Source: Macrostomum lignano (lineage: Eukaryota). From it: DNA of 64,000 bases. Under the pieces are notes generated by a model. That model ran no database searches and was not told the DNA's origin. It saw only the letters and a list, made by a program, of their open reading frames with translations. Shown piece by piece: positions 39,701 through 49,551 of the stretch (its first letter is position 1; the number at the start of each line of letters is the position of its first letter). A program made the position numbers and the translations under genes. The DNA is taken from positions 186,001 to 250,000 of the forward strand of contig NIVC01000525.1 in the NCBI GenBank assembly GCA_002269645.1, in the 5' to 3' direction.

Positions 39701-42700
39701 TATCAAATCTGTCACTGCTCTCTCTCTTATCAAATCTGTCACTGCTCTCTCTTATCAACTCTGTCACTGCTCTCTCTCTTATCAAATCTGTCACTGCTCT
39801 CTCTTATCAAATCTGTCACTGCTCTCTCTCTTATCAAATCTGTCACTGCTCTCTCTCTTATCAAATCTGTCACTGCTCTCTCTCTTATCAAATCTGTCAC
39901 TGCTCTCTCTCTTATCAAATCTGTCACTGCTCTCTTCTCAAATCTGCCACTGCTCTCTCTCTTATCAAATCTGTCACTGCTCTCTTCTACTCAAATCTGC
40001 CACTGCTCTCTTCTACTCAAATCTGCCACTGCTCTCTTCTCAAATCTGCCACTGCTCTCTTCTACTCAAATCTGCCACTGCTCTCTCTCTTCTCAAATCT
40101 GCCACTGCTCTCTTCTCAAATCTGCCACTGCTCTCTCTCTTATCAAATCTGCCACTGCTCTCTCTCTTCTCAAATCTGTCACTGCTCTCTCTCTTATCAA
40201 ATCTGCCACTGCTCTCTTCTCAAATCTGCCACTGCTCTCTCTCCCTTCTCAAATCTGCCACTGCTCTCTTCTACTCAAATCTGCCACTGCTCTCTTCTAC
40301 TCAAATCTGCCACTGCTCTCTTCTACTCAAATCTGCCACTGCTCTCTTCTACTCAAATCTGCCACTGCTCTCTCTCCCTTCTCAAATCTGCCACTGCTCT
40401 CTTCTACTCAAATCTGCCACTGCTCTCTTCTACTCAAATCTGCCACTGCTCTCTTCTACTCAAATCTGCCACTGCTCTCTTCTACTCAAATCTGCCACTG
40501 CTCTCTTCTCTAATCTGCCACTTAAAAATCCATCAAATATGCCTCCTTTTTTTCAAGAATCTGCCTCTTCTTCCAAGAATCTGCCTCTTCTTTCTCAAAA
40601 ATCTTCCTCTGAATCCAGTCTGCTTCTAAAAGCGACATTATTTAATAAGAAACGTGAGCTGCCAATAAAGACCACACACAGGCGCCCTTTAGCGCTTGCG
40701 CATTTCCGGAAGTTTTCCACAGTCAGCGAAACTTATAAAAACGCACACTAAACACTTGCTAGCAATTTCTAAGAGAGGCCTGTCTCTGTCTTTTGCTCGG
40801 AGGCTCGGATTCTTTCAAATCTAATTAGTCATTGACGGTGAAACTTCTGGACAGTAAACATTTCCGTAGTAAAAGGCATACAGTTCAGATAGAGATGATG
40901 CCAACCTTCATGGTGAATGAAAAGCGATACAAATTTGTAGTTTAAGGACACGCGAACAACAGTCCAACTAGATTTCTATGCATATAATGGTGCGTCAGAA
41001 GAGGAGGATTAGAGAGACGGGAGCGAATAAACATGGATAAAGAAAAAGCAATTGAGCATAGCTGTAGAAAGTTAATCTTGGTGATTAATTAAATCCATTT
41101 ATTCAATTATATTACAATCACTTGCTAATCCAGGTGGGTCAATTCCTAATCCAGGTGAATCACTTGCTAATCCAGGTGAATCACTTGCTAATCCAGGTGA
41201 ATCACTTGCTAATCCAGGTGAATCACTTGCTAATCCAGGTGAATCACTTGCTAATCCAGGTGAATCACTTGCTAATCTAGGTGAATCACTTGCTAATCCA
41301 GGTGAATCACTTGCTAATCCAGGTGAATCACTTGCTAATCCAGGTGAATCACTTGCTAATCCAGGTGAATCACTTGCTAATCCAGGTGAATCACTTGCTA
41401 ATCCAGGTGAATCACTTGCTAATCCAGGCGAATCACTTGCTAATCCAGGTGAATCAGCTGTGAAGGGTCGCAGCGCGCGAGTCAGCTGCTAATTCCAGCT
41501 GAACAATCCGCTAGTCCAGGCCAATGTTGTTTTAAAAAAGTGCAGATGAACAGCAATAAGAACACACAAAGAAGAGACAAAAAAGGCAATGTGGTCGTCA
41601 GTGCGCAACAGAACAACAGTTATGTGACGAATTCAACTGGTATTGAAATTAAACGGAAGTCAGTAACGCTAAATAGAATCGAATATTACCCGGCAGAGCG
41701 GCTGCAATAAAAAATCATAGGGTGAACAAAATATTGAACAGATTAAGCAAAAATAGGTGTGCAGCTAGTGTACATACAAATTAAGTTTATCAACTAGAGA
41801 GATTGGTTAAAAAGGAAATATGAAATTTCTATAACCAAGGCCTGTCAGTCAAGAGACACTGTCCAGCAGCTGGTGCATGAGCAATGCACTACATAATCAT
41901 CAATGACTAATTGGGTTACGGCAATGCAGGCACCATTGGCGGCAAGCACAATGTACTTTTAGTTAGCTCCATTTCTCCATCTCGATCATTGAAGATGGGG
42001 ATCTTTTAGTTGGCATTAGGGATATAAGGAAGACAAATCTTCTTCAGGCCCTTAAATGGCTATCAGAGACGCCAAAATGAGTCTTTGAGGCGCCAAAATG
42101 AGTCTTAGTGGCGCCAAAATGAGTCTCAGAGACGCCAAAATGAGTCTTTGAGGCGCCAAAATGAGTCTCAGAGGCGCCAAAATGAATCTCAGAGACGCCA
42201 AAATGAGTCTCAGAGGCGCCAAAATGAGTCTCAGAGGCGCCAAAATGAATCTCAGAGGCGCCAAAATGAGTCTCAGAGGCGCCAAAATGAGTCTTAGTGG
42301 CGCCAAAATGAGTCTCAGAGGCGCCAAAATGAGTCTCGGAGGCACCGAAATGAGTCTCAGAGGCGCCAAAATGAGTCTCAGAGACGCCAAAATGAGTCTT
42401 TGAGGCGCCAAAATGAGTCTCAGAGGCGCCAAAATGAATCTCAGAGACGCCAAAATGAGTCTCAGAGGCGCCAAAATGAGTCTTAGTGGCGCCAAAATGA
42501 GTCTCAGAGGCGCCAAAATGAGTCTCAGAGGCGCCAAAATGAGTCTCAGAGGCACCAAAATGAGTTCCAGAGGCGCCAAAATGAGTCTAAGAAGCGCCAA
42601 AATGAGTTTCAGAGGTGCTAATATGAGTCTAAGAAGCGCCAAAATGAGTTTCAGAGGTGCTAATATGAGTCTAAGAAGCGCCAAAATGAGTTTCAGAGGT

Positions 42701-45700
42701 GCCAAAATCAAGTCTCTCAGGCACAAAACCACCGATCTTTATGTACAAGATACTTCCGACTCCACCACTCGCGGCATAATACATAAACGAACATCCGTAC
42801 AAAAATTACAATACTCGTATAATAGCTTTAGAAATCATCAGTACAATTAGCAATACTAACAATTAGTAGCTCAAATTAAACAGCGTTGCAGAGGACAATC
42901 TACTTTTAAAATATCGTATGGGAAGAATAGATATTACATATTCTTCCATAAAGAATGAAAAGATACTGAAGGGAATGGGAAGACATTAGGGAGAATGGGA
43001 AGACTCTGGGGAGAATAGAAAGACACTGGAGAGAAGGGGAAGACTCTGGGGAGAATAAGAAAGATACTCGGGAGAATGGGAAGGGATGATTGCGTCACAA
43101 TAGCCAGTGCAGGACTCACAGGTATTCCTGCGCTGGAGCCCGTAAATCTTGTCCAGCGGAATGTCCGTCCTGGGCAGGGTGACTGCACTTGGCCGCAGCA
43201 CAATTTCGCCAAGGATGCCGAAGCTGCACTCAGCCGGCAGGGCCCGATGGCAGCCGGCGTGAGCGGTGAGGCCGCACCATTCGCAGCGGTAGCCGCTGAG
43301 GCACTCGGAGCTCCAGCAGGTGCGCTTGCAGACGGCGCATTTGGAGTTGCCTGGCAGGTTGCCCTCCCGCCAGTGATGCGCTGGGCCCAGCTGGAAAAAA
43401 GCCAGACATCGTGAAAACTATCCAATTCACACCTGGAATTTGTGCCACTAAAATTGACCCTATAAATATTGGCCGAGTGGGACGTCTTAAAACGTGAAAT
43501 GCAGACGAGGATTGCAGAGATACGGACTCACAGGTAGTGTAACCTAAAGATTGTATTGACTCATTAGAGCAAGTGCATGAGTTTACCTGCTGACTCTCCG
43601 GGCCGTACGTGGCGCACTCTTTGCAGTCGTTTGTGACAAAATCCTGGCACTCCAGGTGGCAATAGTACTCGCAAACTGCCAATGGTTACAGGTGCGGCGG
43701 GTGAAGGGGGGAATAAAACTTGATTTTCCTGTTTTTAGAGCCTCCCACTGAAGGACCTGAAGGGCAGAGGAGACCCACTGAAGGACCTGAAGGGCAGAGG
43801 ACACCCACTGAAGGATTGAAGGGCAGAGGGCACCCACTGAAGGATTGAAGGGCAGAGGAGACCCACTGAAGGACCTGAAGGGCATAGGACACCCACTGAA
43901 GGATTGAAGGGCAGAGGGCACCCACTGAATGATTGAAGGGCAGAGGACACCCACTGAAGGATTGAAGAGCAGAGGCCACCCACTGAAGGATTGAAGGGCA
44001 GAGGAGACCCACTGAAGGACCTGAAGGGCAGAGGACACCCACTGAAGGATTGAAGGGCAGAGGAGACCCACTGAAGGATTGAAGGGCAGAGGAGACCCAC
44101 TGAAGGACCTGAAGGGCATAGGACACCCACTGAAGGATTGAAGGGCAGAGGGCACCCACTGAAGGATTGAAGGGCAGAGGGCACCCACTGAAGGATTGAA
44201 GAGCAGAGGCCACCCACTGAAGGATTGAAGGGCAGAGGACACCCACTGAAGGATTGAAGGGCAGAGGACACCCACTGAAGGATTGAAGGGCAGAGGCCAC
44301 CCACTGAAGGATTGAAGGGCAGAGGACACCCACTGAAGGATTGAAGGGCAGAGGACACCCACTGAAGGATTGAAGAGCAGAGGCCACCCACTGAAGGATT
44401 GAAGGGCAGAGGCCACCCACTGAAGGATTGAAGGGCAGAGGCCACCCACTGAAGGATTGAAGAGCAGAGGCCACCCACTGAAGGATTGAAGGGCAGAGGA
44501 CACCCACTGAAGGATTGAAGGGCAGAGGCCACCCACTGAAGGATTGAAGGGCAGAGGCCACCCACTGAAGGATTGAAGGGCAGAGGACACCCACTGAAGG
44601 ATTGAAGGGCAGAGGACACCCACTGAAGGATTGAAGGGCAGAGGACACCCACTGAAGGATTGAAGGGCAGAGGACACCCACTGAAGGATTGAAGGGCAGA
44701 GGACACCCACTGAAGGATTGAAGGGCAGAGGACACCCGCACGGACTACTTAATTTTGATAAAAGCCTATAATAATAAAATGATATCAAAAGAACATAATT
44801 GAATACTTAGACTTAAAATTATTATTCTCTAAATCTTTGTCTTATTTCGTCTTTTGACTCTTTTTATCCGATGCGATGGGTACAGAACCAGTGGTATCTA
44901 TACCTGTACGTCTGCGATATGTTTTTCGTATGCCCAGGTTAAAGGTTCGCTCCACAGAGACAATCAACGGGGTAATACTGAAGCATCGTTTAAAGTAGGT
45001 GCTATATAAAAGTAAACAGCCATATTTTATGCCATAGTGTCGCACTTCGAAACTCACCAGACAAAAGCTAGTTCTCGTCGCTTGAAACTAATTTCTAAGG
45101 TTTCTGCATCGTTTTAATCATACATTACATATCTCACACCAACAAGGACTACCAGTAAGTTATGTGCATCCTGTGAAAAAACTACACTTCGGCGAGTTTC
45201 CGGAGTCTGGCTACATAAAATTGAATATTCAGGCCTCCAATAAAATTTGCACGTTTCGCGCGTGTCGCGTCCTTCTACTTAAGTAGTCCGTGGACACCCG
45301 CTGAAGGATTGAAGGGCAGAGGCCACCCACTGGAGGATTGAAGGGCAGAGGAGACCCTCTGAAGGATCTGAAGGGTAGAGGACACCCACTGAAGGATCTG
45401 AAGGGAAAAAGAGACCCACTGAAGGATCTGAAGGGAAGAAGAGACCCACTGAAAAATTCGATGCTCAAATATACGCGGATTCGGGGTTATTTTATTTATC
45501 TGGGTGACTCACTCTCGCACCGCACCGCAGGATAATCGTCCAAACGTTTGCGACAGACGTTGCAAAATTTGCGTTTAAAATGCGCCGGTTCGCTCCAACA
45601 ATGAGAGACTGGCCGTAGCACCATATTAGGCGCTATGCAGGTACACGGTGACAGCACGGATTTCAGGCAGCGATCGTGAACGGTGAAGGAGCACAGGCTG

Positions 45701-45993
45701 CAGGTGAAGCCCTGGGACAGCAGGCCCCAGAGCATCTCGGCGCAGTGATGGCAGTAGGTTGGCCGGTGGAAAGTTCTCTTAATGAAGCTGTGCTTGTGCC
45801 CGGACTCCGGGTCAATGCCGCCCATGCCGTCCTCTGGACCGCCGCCGCTGCCACCGACGCCGCTGCTGCCGACGCCGCCGCCGCCGCCGTTTCCACCAGC
45901 GCTGGCGCCGCCAAAGCAGTCCATGTTGGCGCCGTGACCGGAAGGCGGCGCCGTGTCCTGCGGCTCCCAAACTAAGTCGTACTCATGCGACAT
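24516..45993 (-). CDS. DGKQ: Diacylglycerol kinase theta (type V), 10 coding exons, 992 aa. complement join(45993-45513,43675-43587,43390-43120,37336-36865,34984-34647,29451-28884,26645-26512,25723-25380,25060-24977,24713-24516)
   Basis: Phases close (total 2979 nt). Three C1 domains, RA-type regions, LYVGNL, catalytic NVKSGG / CGGDGTVGW / PLGTGNDL, and accessory MNNYFGIG / GGHI / PVQIDGEPW. Confidence 0.95.
24977..25060 (-). CDS. DGKQ: DGK-theta exon 9 (IFSGLRSGNRIAQGGHIKITLKGDIPVQ)
   Basis: ttcag/gtaagc boundaries; 28 codons; absent from the ORF track. Confidence 0.93.
25135..25350. repeat. 42-bp minisatellite (cccactccgcacgcacagtggggcagagggacagacagccac)
   Basis: DGK intron; about 5 units. 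Confidence 0.88.
25380..25723 (-). CDS. DGKQ: DGK-theta exon 8 (accessory domain)
   Basis: cctag/gttggt boundaries; LDADVSLDFH...LNILSWASGANPW...DGQLEVVG. Confidence 0.95.
25838..26485. repeat. 33-35-bp minisatellite (agggagtgaactgccctcctaatcctcacttat)
   Basis: Fills the DGK intron between exons 7 and 8. Confidence 0.96.
26512..26645 (-). CDS. DGKQ: DGK-theta exon 7 (RWTVIF...IFVMNNYFGI)
   Basis: ccgcag/gtgagc boundaries. Confidence 0.93.
28033..28757 (+). mobile_element. Putative non-autonomous Helitron-like element carrying a 20-bp minisatellite (agcaagcatccaacagacgt, 28105-28375)
   Basis: Begins actagc and ends aaatttggtgaaaatcggttgagc...cacacagacagcc...ttagtatatag, resembling from memory invertebrate Helitron-derived short elements; not database-verified. 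Confidence 0.35.
28884..29451 (-). CDS. DGKQ: DGK-theta exon 6 (catalytic domain)
   Basis: ccgcag/gtgaga boundaries; GGDGT ATP-binding motif. Confidence 0.96.
29598..30430. repeat. 36-bp minisatellite (acggagtggggtggttgctttatttctaaccctaac)
   Basis: About 23 units; most contain ctaaccctaa. Confidence 0.96.
31444..31980. repeat. 50-bp satellite, about 11 units, each containing ggaatcgaacccggg (Pol III B-box on -)
   Basis: cccgggctga recurs at 31501, 31551, 31601 and onward. Confidence 0.96.
32320..32605. repeat. 17-bp minisatellite (aataagttcac(c/a)ag(c/a)tc)
   Basis: Visible tandem units. Confidence 0.9.
33590..34636. repeat. Degenerate C-rich ~11/22-bp repeat (atcccaatatcccactcccact)
   Basis: Abuts the DGK exon 5 donor; GGG-rich on the DGK sense strand. 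Confidence 0.9.
34647..34984 (-). CDS. DGKQ: DGK-theta exon 5 (RA domain; LYVGNL)
   Basis: aagcag/gtgagc boundaries. Confidence 0.92.
35085..35700. repeat. 32-bp minisatellite (tttttggtgtccttagggagctcgtcacacta)
   Basis: Period 32. Confidence 0.95.
36185..36830. repeat. ~15-bp degenerate minisatellite (tcagggattcaagga)
   Basis: Visible tandem units. Confidence 0.92.
36865..37336 (-). CDS. DGKQ: DGK-theta exon 4 (SRTISEDW..., RA-like region)
   Basis: gcgcag/gtgagt boundaries; the phase closes only with this acceptor. Confidence 0.88.
37545..40520. repeat. ~3-kb minisatellite (caaatctg(c/t)cactg(ct)n tt(a/c)t) with a variable internal (CT)n
   Basis: Largest array in the window; the source of the 297-675 aa spurious ORFs. 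Confidence 0.97.
41120..41455. repeat. 21-bp minisatellite (aatcacttgctaatccaggtg)
   Basis: About 15 units. Confidence 0.96.
42067..42715. repeat. 21-bp minisatellite (gccaaaatgagtctcagaggc)
   Basis: About 30 units. Confidence 0.96.
43120..43390 (-). CDS. DGKQ: DGK-theta exon 3 (C1c: HHWREGNLPGNSKCAVCKRTC...)
   Basis: ttccag/gtgagt boundaries; DGK-type C1 with HHW.EGNL. Confidence 0.93.
43587..43675 (-). CDS. DGKQ: DGK-theta exon 2 (ICEYYCHLECQDFVTNDCKECATY)
   Basis: ggcag/gtaaac boundaries; completes C1b. Confidence 0.92.
43745..44735. repeat. 29-bp minisatellite (cccactgaaggattgaagggcagaggaca)
   Basis: DGK intron 1; a second block of the same unit lies at 45295-45452. Confidence 0.96.
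45295..45452. repeat. Second block of the 29-bp ctgaaggat...gaagggcagagg family
   Basis: About 5 diverged units. Confidence 0.88.
45513..45993 (-). CDS. DGKQ: DGK-theta coding exon 1 (start, C1a, first part of C1b)
   Basis: ATG at 45993; HSFIKRTFHRPTYCHHC...C; gtgagt donor. Confidence 0.92.
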
Positions 45994-48007
45994 GACCTCT
46001 CACTCAGTGCCGGAGAACGTGTTGCCAACCAGGTGTGCGTTAAGGTACCGAACAACCAATGGGTTGCGAGTGCGGTCGAAAGCAAACAAAAATAAAGCCG
46101 GAAAATTTACACAGTTAGCTCAATAAACGAGTTGTCCAATGCCATTGTTTTTCGTTTTCACGCGCGATCCTGCATAAGTGAAATGACGCGAGTTATAGCT
46201 TTGGAAAAATTGACTTTCCACTGAATACCTTACAAATGACATTTAAATCTTGATTCTCTTGATACAATTTAATTTTTAGCAATATTAATTTAAATAGCTA
46301 GAATTAGGAATTTTTGAAAAGAATGAAAACAATTGTATAAGAGATATGCCACTTAGAATGATATGTCGATGGTACTGAATTAATTTTCACTCAACTTTAC
46401 ATATTAACAGGAGTTTAAAACCAGAAAATTTCCAAAAGATTTTCAAACAAATATATGACAGTCGTATTATATTCAAAATTAAACAAAACAGTAGAGCACT
46501 TTTCACTTTATATTGTCATACTATGTTAGTACTGATTGACACAATAATGTAAAGCCAGTCATACTTTAATTTATATTTTAAAAAAGTCAATACTTTACTT
46601 TTAAAGCTTCAGATTAAAAAATATATTTCTACAAAATGTCTTAAGCCCCAATATTTCTATTATATCTTTAGTCTATAGAATCTGTAACTTTCATTCTAAT
46701 TTGTATGGTTTAAAAAAGTATGAACTATAAATGTATTTTATAGTTTTATTTGAATCATGGCTACTGTCAGCACTCTTTTGCTTATAAAAGTGAAATTGAC
46801 AACATTTAATTCAACATTAACGAAAACATTCTTATATAATAATAATAAGAACACATTTTAATAAAAAACAATAAAATCTTATCTATTTTGGCCTATGTTT
46901 AAGTTTCGAAGACGCAAAAATATCTGGTAAGTAACTTTATTCAATTGTTAAATTACCAGAACAGAAAGCCCCAATTTTATTTGCCTATAGGCTATATAAA
47001 GAATTTCAGAAAAATATAAACATACCAAAATACAAACGCTCGACGTGCAAAACTCCAGAATAATGCCAATTGAAACACAGACTAAAAATGTACTTCTCTT
47101 TTTTCTAACATGACAGATGGAGTAAAAAGTGACTAATTAACTGACTAATGAAAATGGTACGCTAGCAATGACAAATTTTCGCTGTTTCAGTGAGATGAAA
47201 ATGCCCACAAAACAATTCTTAAAAAAGTGCGTTTTGTACATCGCTGTGAAGTTATCGCAGTTTAACGACGTCGTAAATATTACAGTTCAATACGAGGGGA
47301 GAATTTAATTTATGGTGATACCATTAGACTTTATGTTATAAAGTTAAGTTATCTAAAGTTTTGATACTTTATTCATTCGACAAAAAATACTTAAAAACTA
47401 CAGATTTAGAATTTTGACCCTAAAGTTCGGATACAAGCAATATATTTAAGTTTGCCGGAACTTAAAATGAAACCTTTCTTATCTTTGCATTGTTGTCCTT
47501 TTAAAACAACCTTTGGAGCTAGAAGAAAAAATACGTAAAATAATTTCCGATTTTGTAGATTTTTTAATAAGCAACAGATTTTTGGGAAAAAAGCAATTAC
47601 AATAAACTTGTTGCATCTTTATCAAACAAGGAAAAAACAGCTTAAGCCGGTGTTATGTGCATTATGTGTATGTAACATACTTTGTTACGCTTTTAGTAAA
47701 TCTTATTAAAGCTATAAAGTTATTTGAGCAAATTTAGAGCAGAAAAGGCGCCCTGCCCGCCCAACACATAGAAAAATTTAGACGTTAGAAACGTTAGAAA
47801 ACGGATAATACATGTACAAATTATTAAACAGCCTCAACGTATGCTTGATATGGATTAGAATGCATGTACGAGTGTATTATATATAATTTTGCGTGAAAAA
47901 CTTGGTTTTATCTGTACAATTCTGTTCATGTAATTTGTTTAAAACGATCCGAAACGTTTCTAATTCTTTAATTCAATACGCCGCAATAATATAGTCTAGA
48001 CAAAAAT

Positions 48008-48730
48008 CTAAAAGCTACTGGACTGGTCAGTATGGCCGCTTTCAATGAGGCCCTCATTCAGGCGGCCCCGGTTGCGCCCTGCCGTCGATCTTGACGACAC
48101 CTCCAGATCGAAGACGGTCACGTCACCGTCCTCCGATGCCCAAACTGCGGCTGCTGTGGTTGCAGCGGCAGCGGCCGCAGCGCCAACGGGAGGCCTCGGC
48201 CTTGGCGGTGACCAGTCGTGGCATTCGGACGACGAGGCGTTGGATCGCTTGGAGAACTTCAACGGCAGCGGTTGAAGCGGCCGGACCGGTGGCTGGTGCA
48301 GTGAGCCGTAGGCGGAACCAATCTGAACCCGCAGCGACACCGCGGTGGCAGCAGCGGCGGCGGGAGTCGGTGCGCTGGCACTGACTGCAGTCTCCATTGC
48401 CGCTGACGCTGAATAAGCGTCCTCAGTCGCCGCGCTGCTCAACTGCGATGGCGGCGGCGGTGCCGGTGGCAGTGGTGGCGGTGGAGGTGGCGGCAGTGAT
48501 GACGGTTTGTGTGAAGACGCTGGCGAGGAAGGTGAGCCGTGGCCAGCGTACAGGCAGTCAGGCGGTATCTGCCCGCTAGCGCTGCAGTCCCTAATGGTGG
48601 ACAGGGACAGCTGTATGGTGGAGAGACCGCGCCTGTACACTGCTGGTGGCAGGGGCAACGGCTGGTTCTGCGACGTTGATCGAATAGCTGCCGAGGGTTG
48701 CTGAGTCTGATGCGGCTTAGCGGCTGATGG
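48008..48730 (-). CDS. Orphan membrane protein, last exon (Pro/Ser/Ala-rich tail, 240 aa)
   Basis: ttctag acceptor in phase 0 opens the frame PSAAKPHQ... continuous with ORF 48008-48658; GC-rich island within AT-rich flanks. Confidence 0.6.
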   Translation of the reverse strand, partial: PSAAKPHQTQQPSAAIRSTSQNQPLPLPPAVYRRGLSTIQLSLSTIRDCSASGQIPPDCLYAGHGSPSSPASSHKPSSLPPPPPPPLPPAPPPPSQLSSAATEDAYSASAAMETAVSASAPTPAAAAATAVSLRVQIGSAYGSLHQPPVRPLQPLPLKFSKRSNASSSECHDWSPPRPRPPVGAAAAAAATTAAAVWASEDGDVTVFDLEVSSRSTAGRNRGRLNEGLIESGHTDQSSSF

Positions 48731-49014
48731 CTAGAATGTTGATGGGCATATGAGTAAGATTTCTGTTATAGTCGCTCAAGAGCTTCAAGACCATCATTTA
48801 GTAAACATGCGCAATACTAAACTGTAAATTATTAGGAAGGGAAGCTATAGGAAAGTGTTTTCATCGGCATTACTCTTCTACATCCATATCTTCTCACACC
48901 CTTCTTTAATATATTTTCTGTTTCCTTGCTCTTTATCACTTAATTGTTCATGTAAACATTTCTATTTATATTATTTACAAATAATGCTTTAACGCTCGTA
49001 TAGAGAAATCTAAC

Positions 49015-49551
49015 CTTGCTTTGCCAGCCGACATCGTTCTTGTTCTTGTCGTCATCGTTACCAAGGCTGACTGGAAGCGTCTTTAATTGCGGCTGCTGCG
49101 CTTGTGGCAGCATCTGGAACAGGCACTGCATCTGAGGCGGCGGCAGCGGTGGTGACAGACGATGGCGCCACGGGCTTGACAGGGGTGCCGGTCTGGGCGG
49201 ATTCGGCGCCGACTTGACTCCGGCGCCGATTGGCCGAAACAGCAGCTGACTGCCGCCAATCGGGCGCTTCGACTTGGCGCCAACCGCGTCAGGCGCAGCC
49301 GGCAGCTGCACAAAGCACGGCGACGTCAGGGCCTCCGTCGCGTCGCCTTTCAACGGGCGCAGGCGTTGGATCGAGACGACTTGATTAGCAGCCGATTGAC
49401 GCCGTCGTCTCAGGCGCTGTCGGCGACACCTCTCGGTCAGCCGGTGGCAGCAGCGAGGTCCGATGCCTGACGTTAGGAAACAGGCGAGAAAAATGACAAG
49501 CGACAGTGCCACTGAGACGCCGCCAATGATGGCGCCAAGGTTTAGGGTCAT
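49015..49551 (-). CDS. Orphan single-pass membrane protein, exon with TM helix (MTLNLGAIIGGVSVALSLVIFLACFLTSG...RCC...RRQRLRRRR)
   Basis: Non-repetitive GC-rich ORF; hydrophobic stretch followed by a Cys/Arg cluster; aag/gttaga donor in phase 0. The true N-terminus is uncertain because an acceptor lies 20 nt upstream of the ATG. Confidence 0.65.

Noticed and set aside
46200-48000. AT-rich block as a horizontally acquired or organellar insert
   Set aside because: It has no ORFs or RNA-gene motifs, and its position (downstream of the orphan gene, upstream of DGK) fits ordinary UTR or intergenic DNA.
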